From assembly GCF_004010195.1 (NCBI RefSeq), contig NC_057716.1:81287883-81351882 (forward strand): a DNA stretch of 64,000 bases, in the 5' to 3' direction. This document shows positions 38,945-51,654 of this stretch, piece by piece. Position numbers and translations under genes: made by a program. Below the pieces are notes generated by a model that saw only the letters and a program-made list of their open reading frames with translations, had not been told where the DNA came from and did not search any database. Source of the stretch: Chiloscyllium plagiosum. Taxonomy: Eukaryota. Each line of letters begins with the position of its first letter. Within the stretch, counting starts at the first letter, position 1.

Positions 38945-40340
38945 AAGTATTCATTTGTGGAATGTGGGCATCACTTGCTGGCTAGCATTTATTGCCCATT
39001 CCCAGCTGCCCTTGAGAAGGTGATAGTGAGCTGCCTCCTTGAAGCACTGCAGTCCACCTTCTGTGAGTTGACCAAGGGAGAGAATTCCAGGATTTTGACC
39101 AAGCAACAGTGACGTAATGGTGATATATTTCCAAGTCAGGAAGCTGAGTGGCTTGGAGAGGAACTCAAAGGTGGAGATGTTCTCATATATCTGCTGCCCT
39201 TGTCCTTCTAGATGGAAGTCGCAATGGGTTTGGAATATCCAGTGTGAGGATCTTTGGTGAATTTCTGCACTGCATCTAGTAGATAGTACACACTGCTGCT
39301 ATTGAGCATTGGTGGTGGAGGAAGTGGATTTCTCTCGATGTAGTGCCAATCAAGCAGGCTGCTTTGTCCTGAATGGTGTGAAGCTTCCTGAGTGTTGATG
39401 GGGCTGCACTCATCCAGGTAAGTGGGGACCATTCCAGCACTACTCCTGACTTGTGCGTAATAAATGGTGAACAGGCTTCAGGGTGTCAGGAGGTATGTTA
39501 TTTGCTGCAGTATTCCTAGCCTGTGACTTGCTGTTGTAGCCACTGTGTATGTGTGCTGAGTCAGTTGAGTTTCTGGTCAATGATAACTCCCAGGATGTTG
39601 ATAGTGAGGGATTCAGTGATGGTAACACTACTGAATGTCAAGGGATGATGGTTAAATTGTCTCTTATTAATATTAGTGTAACGCGAATGTTACTTGCCAC
39701 TTGTCTGCCCATGCCTGGATATTATCCAGATCTTGTTGCATTTGGACATGGACTGCTTCAGTATCTGAGGAGTCACAAAGTGTGCTGAACATTGTACAAT
39801 CATCAGTGAATATTTCTACTTCTGACCTTATGATGGAGGGAAGATCATTGCTGAAGCAGCTGAAGATGGTCAGGCCTAGGACATTACCCTGAGGAACTCC
39901 TGCAGAGATGTCCTGAAGCTGAGATGACTGATCTCCTACAATCACTAACATTGTCCTGTATGTCAGGTATGACTCTAGCCACCGGAGAGTCTGCCCCTGG
40001 ATTCCCATTGATTCCAGTTTTGCCAGGGTTTCTGGATCCCAGGCTTGGTCGAATGCAGCCTTGATGTCAAGGGTTATCACTCTCACCTCACCTCCGAATT
40101 TCAGCTGTTTTGTCTATGTTTGAGCCAAGGCTGTGATGAGGTTAGGAGCTGAGTGGTCCTGGTGGAACCCAGACTGGACATCATTGAGTAGATTATTCCT
40201 AAGCAGATGCTGCTTGATAGCACTGTTGATGACACCTTCCATCACTTTATTGATGATCAGGAGAAGACTGATGGGGCGGTAATTGGCCAGGTTGGATTTG
40301 TCCTGCTTTTTATGTACAGGATATACTTGGGAAATTTTGG
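38945..40340 (-). mobile_element. CR1/L2-clade LINE, 3' 1.4 kb with RT domain
   Basis: ORF 39673-40086 reads LDIKAAFD...SAGVPQGNVLG...FTDDCT (RT motifs). The 3' end is GGGCAATAAATGCTAGCC...CCCACATTCCACAAATGAATA. Confidence 0.9.
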
Positions 40341-41384
40341 AAGTAGAGATACAGGTGGCAGAATTTTAACTGAGTTCAGGTTTTGAAGTGCATGCGAATG
40401 CCCAGCCAGGAGAGCATTGGAGAAGTTATGTCTAATGGTTATAATATGAACAATGATGTTTTTAGTAACAGATGAGCTCAACCAGTGGAGAGAGAGGAGA
40501 TGTTGTGGTGATGGAAGCCACATTTAAAAATGATCAGGGAGCTGTCCTTTGGTGTTCTTCAACATTGCTCCATAAACATATACCACCAAAAATAAAACAT
40601 AAATAACTGATCATTTATCTCACTGTTGTTTGTTAGATGTTGTGAGCAGTTAATGACCCTGTGTCTACCAATATAACCATTGCAATAGCTCAAAAATAAT
40701 TGTGTAAGGTACTTTGTAGTGTTTCAACATGATAATGCATTTCACAATTTTTTTTAATCAAAAGCAGCTTATCTGAGTCTTAGCTGATCTGAGTTTTGTA
40801 ATTTCTAATTCCATGTGTCTATTCCTCCGACTTCCTGTCTGTGTTCTAACCAATATCTTTCTACTCATTTGTTTAGATATTGGCGTCTCAGTTTGTGTTT
40901 TTTTATTGTGTATTTAGAGCGTGTACTTCAAACATCAAGATGTCAATGCGTACTTTTCTAATTCCTAGAAAATCCCAATATAATTATTTCCAAGACATGT
41001 GGACAAAGATGCCATGCACTCATTGTGAACTGATTGACTAGCAAGTGAGAAACTAAAAATAGTAATTAAGTCATGAGACTGCAGTAAAGGGATTTAAACC
41101 CAGGTCCAATGAAGAGGATGAAATGTTGAAATATGTATTGATTTGGTTCAAACTGAGAAATATCAGACAGATTTGCTGTTACACCCATCACCTGATATTT
41201 GCTTCTCTTGACTATATTAAAACCAAATATTGGGTGCTACATGCAACATGCAGCCAATCGAATACTGCATGTTTTCTGTTACAGCACAAGATGAATTTCT
41301 GCCACTGTATGATGCCACCTTCTGCAGGGGCTCAGAAATGTCCATCTTTTTCCTCAACTGAGGATTAACCACTGCTTGGTTGAC

Positions 41385-42440
41385 AGAGCCCTTAGCCATG
41401 TTTGACCCATCTTCCATAATTTGCCCTCACCCCTTCCCTTCCATCTCACCACAATGATAATGTGCCCCAGTCCTCACTTTCCATTCCATCAGGCTCTGCA
41501 TCCAAAGGATTGTAAGCCACCTTTTTTTGTCACCTCCAGTAGGATGCCACAACCAGACATACATTTCCTTACTCTCTCTTGTCAGAATTCTGCAGAGACT
41601 GTTCCCTCCGGAACACTCTAGTACACTCCTCCTCCATTCCAAACACCTCCTCACACTCCCACGCCACTTTCCCATGCAATCACAGAAGGTGGAATAGCAA
41701 CCCGTTTATCTGCTCCCTTCTCACTATCCAAGGCCTCAGACATACCTTCAAGGTGAAGCAGTGATTTATCTGTACTTCAATCAATCTAAGCTGCTTGCAG
41801 ACTGTGAGACTGCTTTGCAGAACCCCTGCATTCTGCCCACAAAAATGACCCCAAGCGTCCAGTAGCACATGGGTTCCCATGCCAACATTCCTGTCGCAGA
41901 ACTGCTGCAGTGTTCCAGCAAGCCTCATCATAAACTCAAAGAACAACATTTCATTTTCCACTTGGGGACCCTGTCACCACAAGGAGTCAATGTCGAGTTC
42001 AATGACTTTGGAGCCTGGTTCTGTCTTTCATGTTTTTCAACCACGCCACACCCAGTCCTGTTATGACATAGGTTACTTTTAGCATAGACATCGATTCTCA
42101 TCTACTCCTAGGCCTATTATCAGATTATATGGGTTGCTTTTGATGCAGCTCATCCATTCTCTCCTTAGCTCTCATTATCATGTATTCAGCTTTTTTTCTG
42201 TCCTGGCCTGAAATGCATAATCTCCTTGTTTACCCACCCTTTTCATATCTTTCTCTCTGGGTTCTGGCTCCACCTATCCACTTAGATGTCCCCTTTCTCA
42301 CCCCTCCCCCAACCTCATCTTCAACATAAATATCACTTTTTCCATGCTGCTGATAGTTCTGATGAAGAGTTGATACATTAACTCTGCTTTCTTCCCACAT
42401 ATGTTGCTAGATCTGCCAGCATCTTTTCATTGTGGAATTG
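41385..42440 (+). mobile_element. Older, heavily decayed Penelope-like element (endonuclease region and terminus)
   Basis: Peptides FCRDCSLRNTLVHSS and KLKEQHFIFHLGTLSPQGVNVEF parallel the PLE at 58126-60005; terminal GTTCTGATGAAGAG at ~42357. Confidence 0.75.
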
Positions 42441-42836
42441 TTAGTTCAGCACCATGGATGAAAGTATCGCAGTTGTTTTTGTTGCTCTACTAAGCCATAA
42501 AGACAATCTAAAGGATTACGGCAACATTCAGTTTGCCACGTTATAGTCTGAACTATAAGTGTTTATGGTAGACTTTTCAACATGCTTTAGTTGTCCAGAA
42601 ATCTCTCCCACAATCATACTATCTGCCATTGTTATCTGTTGGAATGATTCGTAGGTTGAGAGTCAACTTATTTGGCCACATTATGAATGCACCTTCTCCA
42701 TGCCATCAAGTTCTAGGATAGGACTTGAACCCAAAGCTTCTGGCTCAGATGGAGAAATGCTAACCACTGCATCACAAGCTCCTTTGTTGCCTTCTTGTCA
42801 GGACTGTCAAATACAAATTCTTAATTGTGAGCACAT

Positions 42837-43128
42837 GATTAGATTAGATTACCTACAGTGCGGAAACAGGCCCTTCGGCCCAATACGTCCACACTGACCC
42901 ATTCACCTACTCCCTTCTAATGCACCTATCACTATGGGCAAATTAGCATGCCCAATTCACCTGACCCGCACATCTTTGGACTGTGGGAGGAAACCGGAGC
43001 ACCTGGAGGAAACCCATGCAGACAAAAGAAGAAAGTGCAAACTCCACGTAGACAGTCGCCGGAGGCTGGAATCGAAGCCAGATCCCTGGTGCTGTGAGGC
43101 AGTTGTGCTAACCACTGAGCCACCCATG
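42837..43128 (-). mobile_element. HE1 SINE
   Basis: (GATTA)n tail, V-domain and A/B boxes on the minus strand. Confidence 0.9.
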
Positions 43129-43269
43129 ATCATTACATTCTGCCCATGGGCAATTATATTCACTTGGGTCATTTAACTGATAAAATTAAATATTCTGTGT
43201 TAAAAATAAAGAGTCAGTTCTGCTAAAAAAACATAGTAAATTGTGTATGATGCAAGGTTTTAGACTTGG

Positions 43270-43690
43270 TCTATGTGGTAGTGTCCTAGTCTCAAGAGTC
43301 ATAAGTTTGTAGGTTTAAGTTTCACTTCAGATACTCAATCACATAATTCAGGCTGACATTGCTGCAGTCTCATCTTTTGGAAGATGTGTTAAGTCAAGAC
43401 AACATCTGTTTTCTCAGGTAAATCTAAAAGATTCTACAACACTATCACTTTGAAGTGGAGCAAGGGAGTGCTCCCTGGCATTCTAGTCAATGTTTATCCT
43501 TCCACCAACACCATGAAGAGAATATGATCTCACCATTATTACAATTCTGCTTGTGAGAACCTATTGTGTAAGTTGGCTACTGTTTCCTATGTTATATGAC
43601 AGTGACTACAATTCAAAGTTACTTCACAGTCTGTGAAGTGTTTTGGGATGTCCTGGGTTATGGAAGGCTTTACATAATACAAGCTCTTTA
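43270..43690 (+). mobile_element. DeuSINE (SacSINE1/AmnSINE1-related), degenerate
   Basis: tRNA-like head, Deu-like TAAAAGATTCTACAACACTA...GAGCAAGGGAGTGCTCCCTGG and L2-like tail GTGAAGTGTTTTGGGATGTCCTG. Confidence 0.65.
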
Positions 43691-44017
43691 CTACACAACA
43701 AATATAGTACTGTTATGGTCCCAGCTGATTGTAAAGCTACAAGTTAGATTCCAGAGTGAAATCTGACTTGATAGACAATATGGTTTATTTTTCTTTTTGT
43801 TTATTATAGTGGTCAATCACTGAACATATTGATAAGAGGCTGTCAGAACTTCACAGAACTCAAAGCTAAAAAGTCAACTCAAAGTAAAACTCAAAGCTCA
43901 TCGTTCCTCCACATTAGAATCCAAATTGTCAAAAAAGTATACCTGTTATGAATCTTAATCACAGTAACATAATATTTACATGTTGTGGTTCTGTTCGCTG
44001 AGCTAGAAATTTGTGTT

Positions 44018-44057
44018 GCAGACGTTTCGTCCCCTGTCTAGGTGACATCCTCAGTGC
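44018..44057 (-). ncRNA. Minimal type I hammerhead ribozyme (copy 1)
   Basis: Exact reverse complement of 44474-44513. Confidence 0.7.
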
Positions 44058-44473
44058 TTGGGAGCCTCCTGTGAAGCGCTTCTGTGACTTTTCCTCCGGC
44101 ATTTATAGTGATTTGTATCTGCCGCTTCCGGTTGTCAGTTCCAGCTGTCCGCTGCAGTGGCCAGTATATTGGGTCCAGGTCAATGTGCTTATTGATTGAA
44201 TCTGTGGATGAGTGCCATGCCTCTAGGAATTCCCTGGCTGTTCTCTGTTTGGCTTGTCCTATAATAGTAATGTTGTCCCAGTCGAACTCATGTTGCTTGT
44301 CACCTGCGTGTGTGGCTACTAAGGATAGCTGGTCATGTCGTTTCGTGGCTAGTTGGTCACAATATACCGGCCACTGCAGCGGACAGCTGGAACTGACAAC
44401 CGGAAGCGGCAGGTACAAATCACTATAAATGCAGGAGGAAACACCACAGAAGTGCTTCACAGGAGGCTCCCAA

Positions 44474-44513
44474 GCACTGAGGATGTCACCTAGACAGGGG
44501 ACGAAACGTCTGC
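44474..44513 (+). ncRNA. Minimal type I hammerhead ribozyme (copy 2)
   Basis: GCA-CUGAGGA-U-GUCACCU(AGAC)AGGGGAC-GAAA-CGUC^UGC: helix I GCA/UGC, helix II with 6 of 7 pairs, palindromic ACGU helix III and a GUC cleavage triplet. Confidence 0.7.
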
Positions 44514-45194
44514 AACACAAATTCCCAGCTCGCCGAACAGAACCACAACAACGAGCACCCGAGCTACAAATCTTCTCCCAAACTTTGAATAATATGTTAC
44601 TGCTATAACAAGCCTATCATTATGAAATTTCTTACAAATATGACCTCAGTGCTACTGGATGTCACACACATAACTTTATAAGCCTGAGACTTAATACTTC
44701 AGACCATTTGGGTTCTAGTTCAACTCAGGTCTTACAAGAGGTCAAAAAATTAATCTTTCTAAAAGCTGTCAATGTGTTCAAGGATTGATGGTATCAGTCC
44801 ACTTCCCAATACAGTTACATCCACAAGACCATTTATAAAGTTTACAGCAGATATCCCATAAACATTCTCATAGTAAGTCTCAGCATTTGTTTCAAAAGAA
44901 GTCAATAGTCCATGATAAAACAGATAATGTAATATTCTTCAGCAGAGTTGGAACCAAATATAACTTGGATTGTCCCCTTAAGGTCACAGGGTGCATGGTT
45001 ATAAGTAGGCACATTTTAAGGTTAGTTAGAGACAAATGGTTGATTAAGAAATTCATCAAAATATGACAGATTTTTCATGAGGTGACAAAGTGTGACATTT
45101 CAAAACATTGATATTTGTATAGCTTTCTGCAATAGAGTGTGAGCTCTTTAAACCAGAACTGTTGGATTAAACAGGATTAATTCATAGGATCATA

Positions 45195-46595
45195 GGTGCC
45201 AGAGGACTGAAGGGTGGCTAATGTTGTGCCTTTATTTAAGAGAGGCTGTAAGGAGACATCTGGGAACTATAAACCGGTGAGTCTGGGTGAATTGTTGGAC
45301 AGGATTCTAAGAGATAAGATTACAAGCATATAGAGAGGCAAAGATTGAATAGGGATAGTCAACATGGCTTTGTGTATGAGAAATTGTGTCTCACAAACTT
45401 GATTGAGATTTTTTAGGTTGTGACCAAAAAGATTGATGAGAGCACAGGGATAGGCATTGTCTATATGGACTTTAATAAAGCCTTTGACAACGTTCTGCAC
45501 ACTAGACTAATTAGTAAAGTTAGATCACATGGGATCTGGGTAAGCTTGCCAATTGGATACAAAATTGGCTTGAAAGTAGGAGACAGAGGATGGTGGTAGA
45601 GGGTTGTTTTTTGGACTGGAGGCCTTTGACAAGCTGTGTTTAGCAGGGATTGGTGCTGGGTCCACTTGCATTTGTCATTTATATCAATGATTTGGATGAG
45701 AATTTAGGAGGCATGGTTAGTAAGTTAATGGGTGACACCAAAATTGGTGGTATAATTAACAGTGAATAAGGTTAACTAAGATTACAAAGGTATCTTGATC
45801 AATTGGGTCAATGGGCTGAGGAGTGGCAGTTGGAGTTTAATTTGGATAAATGCAAGGAATTGCATTTTATAAAACAAAGAAGAGCAGGACTTATACAGTT
45901 AATAGTAGGACCTTGGGGAGTGTTGTTGAACAGCGAGACTGAGGAGTTCAGATACCTAGTTCTCTGACAGTTGCATCACAGGTAGACATGATGGGTAAAA
46001 AGGCATTTAGCATGCTTGCCCTCATTGCTCAGACTATTGAGTACAAAAGTTGAGATGTTGTGTTGAGGTTGTACAGTAGTTTGGAGTACTGTGTGCGGTT
46101 CTGGTCACCCCATTCTAAGAAAGATATTATTAAATTGGAGATGGTTCAGAAAAGATTTACCAGAATGATGTCAGGAATGGAGGGTTTGAGTTATAAGGAG
46201 AGGCTGGATAGGCTGGGACCTTTTTCACGACATCATAGGAAGTTGAGAAGTGACCTTACAGAGTTTTATAAAATCATGAGGGGCATTGAGAGGTGAATAA
46301 CAATTTCAAACCGGGGGGCATATTTTTAAGATGAGAGGAGAAAAATTTAAAGGGCAACTAAGGGGCAACATTTTCACACAGAGGGTAATTCATATGTGGA
46401 ATGAACTGCCAGAGAAAGTGGTAGATGCAAGTACAGATACAACATTTAAAAGATATTTGGAAACATGCATATTTAGAAAAAGTTTAGAGGGATATGAGCC
46501 AACCGCAGGCAAGTGGGCTGTGTTTAGTGTGGGAAACTTGGTTGGCATGGATCAGATTGGACCAAAGGGTCTGTTTCCATGCTGTTTGACTCAGT
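45195..46595 (+). mobile_element. HER1/CR1 LINE, 3' 1.4 kb (RT, decayed)
   Basis: Encodes VPEDxRVANVVPLFK, YMDFNKAFD, LEYCVRFWSPH and WNELPEKVV; 3' tail GGACCAAAGGGTCTGTTTCCATGCTG resembles the HE1 tail. Confidence 0.92.
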
Positions 46596-46959
46596 AACGC
46601 ATGCTCAGCTCAGGTACCTTATCCAAACCATGCAGAACTGGAAGTGGAGGTTCCAAAGTCTCTAATTTAGAAGGATAAGGAGAGCACAGAATCACAAGTG
46701 GTAAACCCTTTGCGTCCTTTGATAAGTTATCCCTGGGTCATTCATCTTGGTGTAAATCATGTGCTAATCTTTCAGCTGTAACAGTGTCACATGAAGCAAT
46801 TAAACAAAAAGAGGGAAGCAGCACAATTGTTCTTTGAAAGCCTCACGATAAAAAAGAAGCTTGCAATTCCAACCAGCCTGTCAATTTCAGTCCAATGTTA
46901 ACATCATTACAATCGCTTAAGTAACTATTTCTTTCTACTAATGTTGACATATAATTGCC

Positions 46960-47040
46960 AGGAGAAAGTGAGGACTGCAGATGCTGGAGATCAGATTCAA
47001 AACATGTGGTGCTGGAAAAGCACAGCCAGTCAGGCAGCCA
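46960..47040 (-). mobile_element. PLE family A terminal fragment
   Basis: GGAGAAAGTGAGGACTGCAGATGCTGGAGATCAGA...GCTGGAAAAGCACAGC. Confidence 0.8.
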
Positions 47041-47804
47041 ATAGAGTTGCCAGTTAACTGCTCTGGAAAGAAAACAAAGATTGAAAATTCAAGAAATTAG
47101 AATACTGTAGTGTACTGTTCTTTCATTTCTTATACTTCAAAAGGTGCTGTTAAAAACTGAAAAAAAGAATAATTTGTTTGAAGGAAATGATGTTGCTTTA
47201 AACAGTGAAAACTTCTTTCTTCTCATTCTGAAAAGGAAGCTGAAAATGCTCTCTTTTGGTAATACTAACACTTCATAATACTCAGTGGTGATCCGCTGAA
47301 GTAACATCTTTAGAAATAATTGTGTACTTACCATTAGATGCAGTAGTTGGAAGTTCTACAGGAAGCATGAAAATGCTATCTAAAAAACTAGCCTCAGCAG
47401 GTTTGTGTAAAAGAACAAAATGATGTGACTGGGTGATTTATAACAAAGAAAGGTATATAGTAAGTGGAATTTTCTACCTAGCTGCAAACCATAATTCATA
47501 CTGATCTCTTATCAAGATAAAGTACCTTTTCCGTGAATGATCTGTGTGGTTAAATGATTTTGATGAATGCCTGTACATAACAGGTAACTGCTTTACAAAC
47601 AACTGAGATCAACTAGGCTTACTGGGAGATGAATGGTAAATCACTTTCCATGACTGCATTTAAGCTCTACAACCTCCTTGTCAATGTATAGACTGCTGAC
47701 CTCAGGTGGAGCTGTTAGGAGAGGATCCTTGGTTATTTACACTCAAAATACGACTGCTGCTTGTAGAGAGAAACAGGCTTTCAGCAACTAAATCTTCCAA
47801 ATTT

Positions 47805-48152
47805 ATTTTATTCATGTACGAATGAGGGCAACACTGGCTAGGCAGAATTTATTGCCCCATTCCTAATTGCCCACAGGGTGGTTAAGAGTCAACCACGTTG
47901 CTGTGGGTCTGGAGTCACATGTAGGCCAGACGAGGTTAGGATGGCAGCTTCCTTCCCTGAAGGATATCAGTGATCCAGATGGGTTTTTCCAACAATCAGC
48001 AATGAATTCATTGTTATCATTAGATGCTCAATTCCATATTTTTATTCAATATTCCACTCTCTGCCATGACAGGATTCAAACTCAGGTCCCTAGAGCATTG
48101 TCTGGGTCTCTGGATTAACACTCCAGCAATAATACCATTATGACATCACCAC
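47805..48152 (-). mobile_element. tRNA-derived SINE, second family
   Basis: GTCTGGAGTCACATGTAGGCCAGAC core; reverse complement of 25058-25385. Confidence 0.75.
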
Positions 48153-50822
48153 CCATTCACACATTAACAGCATTTTATATGTTTGTGATGGTCATTATGA
48201 TGGTCGTAAGCATGGAAACTTTAAATTTTGCCAAAGTTATTAACACCAGTTTTATCCCCACCAAGCCTCTATATCAGGAAGGGGCCAAATGTAAAAGTGA
48301 CTTGAAAGGTCTTGAAGGTCATTCCATCAGATTCCCAGAGTAATTTTAGCGTAAATGCATTAAGTTGGCTGACAATTCGGCTGAAAACCAATTAAGAGAA
48401 ATCCCAGGCTAGTATTGAAATTTCTATGTTAGTTTTGTGGGAGTGGAGTGAGTAATATATAACCCTTCCTATTGAAGCTACTAAGTTGCCAGTAATGTTA
48501 GCATCAAACAGCTACTGAGAATACATGTAATATGGTCATTTTCACTCTGATTGAAATGTGAAAGATAATAAAATAATAATTTAATGGGATAAAGGAGTGA
48601 ATTAAAAATGAACATCCTAATTAAGGGGTTGAAAAGGTGCTGAAGACCTTTAATGTACCATTTTCTGAGGTATGGCCCATTATTCACTTCTATTTATCGT
48701 AGATATCATTTTTTTTTATTTAAATGACTTTGGAGATAAAACTTTGGTTGGAGATGGGAGAGAAGTCTCATCAGACAAACAGACAGGTCAAGGATTGTTT
48801 GAGGAGGATGTGCTGATACTAGTTTTGAATGGGCCTGATGAAAATAAATGATTTACAATTCCTGAGGGCATGGCAGCTGGAGATGAAGTTGGAAGGTTAA
48901 GTTTTAATTAGAATGAGCTGAAGCAATAGGATTGGATATAAACAACAAATGAGCTCAAGGTGGAAAATGAAGGTTTGGTGGAGTAATTGGAGCTATTGGA
49001 GTTTTGGACTAGGGTGGATATTTGGGTACTGGCAAGGGGAAGAGAGGAAACAGCAAAGAAAGATAAAAGGATGGGTTCCATCTAAATGAAAAAGAAATCA
49101 ATATGTTTCTTGCACCTACTGTACACAAGAATGAATGGATAACATTTCTATTGAATAATCACTTCCATAAACACAACTGAGATATTATCGAGAAAGCCCT
49201 GCAGCCTGTATACTCTGGAGAAGAGTACCTCTGCATCATTTGTCTTCTCCTTTGGTTTGGCATTGTCCTGTTTACTGCTATCATTTCATCATCTTCTTGC
49301 ACTATTGCTACCTCAATTATATGGACACATGAGCATTGTGAACTCTTGGTAAAAGCTTCACTGTAAAGAAGAAAATGACTTTTCTGTTTGACATAGCTGA
49401 AAGATAGCTTGCAAATTCCTTTCTTAACTACATTGCTGAGAAAAAGGTTTTTCAAGTTGCTTCAGTGAGAGTTGTTCGTCTCAAAATTTGTGGACTTTGA
49501 AAGCCAGTGAACATAACCACTTCCTAGTCTGTCAGAATATGAAGATAGCTTTTCTTTTATTCCTACAAGTATTGCTTCAGTAATGTGTAATACTCCACGT
49601 AAATGGCAGAATTTCTAAGATAACAGCATTGCTTTTATTCTCCTGTAACACAATACTTTGAATTTGGGGGAGAAGGGTTTTGTGGGGTGTGACGCATAGT
49701 TTTCCATCAGCTAACTGAATCAGAATTAGTAGTTATTCTGGTTTGTCTGATTTATGCTAATCTTAAATTTCTTTTGATCATAACGAGGCTGACATTACAA
49801 TTAAATTTATATCAGCTTCTGTACTGACTGTAGTTTTTGTCCACATATCCTGTGCAGCCCATGTTGCGACATTGCAATATAAAAACGAGCTATGGGGTTA
49901 ATAGTTAATATGCTGTTATTTCTCTTCACTATGATGTTTCACTCTCATCATGTCTTTCCTTTGTTCCTCTTATTTTTGCAAAAGGGGATATTTCCTTTAA
50001 GAAGGTAATTTTAGTTCCTTAGCCCTTTGGTATTGGGGTGGGGGTAGGGTGCACACAACAAGACCAGGGAGGGGGACAGGAAAGGCATGAGTCTGAAATA
50101 TTTCACACACATGTAGACAAATCTATCAAAATCAGTTACACACAAGTTTCCTAACAGAAAAGGTGTTAGAATAGTCTTACAGTGTAACTATGCCAGATAG
50201 TACCAGGAAATGCCAGGCACATCACAAAAATGCTTAGGACATGGGGACCCAATTTTGTTATTTTTAGTATCAACCTGTACTAAGCAGTTAAACTCTTCTT
50301 TACGATAATAGACAGCTGCACTCAAGTTTTTATGTGTTAAGTCTATGTACAGTAATGTAGTTGGCAGTCATTTCTCCCATATAGTTCTTTTTAAGACTCA
50401 GACTGTGACTAACAGGTTAAAGTCTTATCAAATCTTGCGTCCAATAAACAAATTAAAATGAATGATTCCTGTTGACCATGTTCTCCAAAAGTCTGTACTT
50501 TAGACTTTTCTTTTATATTGAAGTGTTACAATAGACTCAGTGTTTTGATTTTAAAGATTCAGAAACATAACTGTGGAAAACTCAGATGGTAATCTGGGTC
50601 ATGCATGCCTTCTATCATTGTCATGAATGTCTGATATTAAGTGAACAATTGTTTAGTTAAAAGAACTAGGAGTGCATTCCGTTTCTCTGTTACGGTAGTA
50701 TCTTTACTCAGCTGTCACTGCTGCATATGTCTCAGAATGCAATAAATGTGTCGCAGGGGACCAGCTGAAGAGAGATAACAGTATTCATCCAGTATCTAAC
50801 TGTGGTCATTTTTCTTCAACAG

Positions 50823-50928
50823 AATATCACAATTACAGTCAACGTGTTCAGTGTGTGAAGGAATTGGTGAAAAAGCTTCCTAAACCTAACCATGATACCT
50901 TGGGAGTTCTCGTTAAACACTTACAAAA
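50823..50928 (+). CDS. ARHGAP15: Internal coding exon of a RhoGAP-domain protein (ARHGAP9/12/15/27 family), most likely the penultimate exon of ARHGAP15
   Basis: Pyrimidine tract and acceptor TTTTTCTTCAACAG, donor AA|GTAAG, 106 nt, phase 1/2. Translates (K)YHNYSQRVQCVKELVKKLPKPNHDTLGVLVKHLQ(K), matching the RhoGAP LPxxNxxTLxxLxxHL motif. LVxKLP...HLxK and the >50-kb upstream intron fit ARHGAP15 better than its paralogues (inference). Confidence 0.8.
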
Positions 50929-51097
50929 GTAAGCAATTAAATATTTCTTTCATGTCTATGTATCCTAACATGCAAGATGCTTTCAACAAACTTAAATTAC
51001 ATTACATTAATTGTAAAATTCACGTATTTTGAGTCTCTTTGAACAACAGAAGAAGATTTCATTGTCTCATTATATATCACCAATATTCTAGTCACAC

Positions 51098-51502
51098 TTT
51101 TTTTCACCGGAGCAAAGGAGGTTGAGAGGTGACCTCATAGAGGTTTATAAAATCATAAGGGGTATAGATAGGGATAATGGTAGGTATCTTTTCTCTTAGA
51201 TGGGGGTTTTCAAGACGAGGGAGCATATTTCTAAGGTGAGGAGAGAAATTTTAAAAAGACATGAGGAAAAATTTTTTTAACACAGCATGTGTTTCACGTA
51301 TGGAATGAACTTCCTGAGGAAGTGGTGGATGTGGGCACAGTTACAACACTTAAAAGATATTTAGTTAAGTAGATGAAAAGGAAAGGTTTGGAGCGATATG
51401 GGCCAGGAGCAAGCAAGTGGGATAATTTTTGTTTGGGATTACGTTTGGCATGGACTGGGTGGACCAAAGTCTCAGTTTCTGTCCTGTATGACTCTATGAC
51501 TA
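51098..51502 (+). mobile_element. HER1/CR1 LINE 3' fragment
   Basis: Encodes RLRGDLIEVYKII and WNELPEEVV; ends in a TATGACTCTATGACT tail. Confidence 0.88.
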
Positions 51503-51654
51503 AGTAGTGAACATAGAAAATGTCCCTGTTATTGTTATGATTAGTTAATACTGAGTAACGAGGGGAAGTCTTCATTCCAATTATTGTAATCAATTACAAA
51601 TTGCCATGGATAGATACTTAGGTGATAGTCACTGAACGACAGTGATGACAACAA

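Larger units (their letters stand above)
43981..44587. mobile_element. Penelope-like element 3' end with inverted pseudo-LTR (~190-bp inverted repeats) and GIY-YIG C-terminal coding remnant
   Basis: 43981-44171 is the reverse complement of 44360-44550. The minus-strand peptide QLATKRHDQLSLVATH...HEFDWDNITIIGQAKQRTAREFLEAWHS...INKHIDLDPIY is the PLE endonuclease C-terminus. Confidence 0.88.

Noticed and set aside
42355-42390. CTGATGA as a C/D-box snoRNA or active ribozyme
   Set aside because: It is the decayed terminus of the old PLE; helix II and the GAAA box are lost, and there is no snoRNA terminal stem.
43846-43900. AACTCAAAG short tandem repeats beside the inverted PLE
   Set aside because: Three imperfect 9-mers are consistent with ordinary slippage.
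49159-49455. 98-aa minus-strand ORF near the exon
   Set aside because: No domain similarity or convincing splice-site pair.
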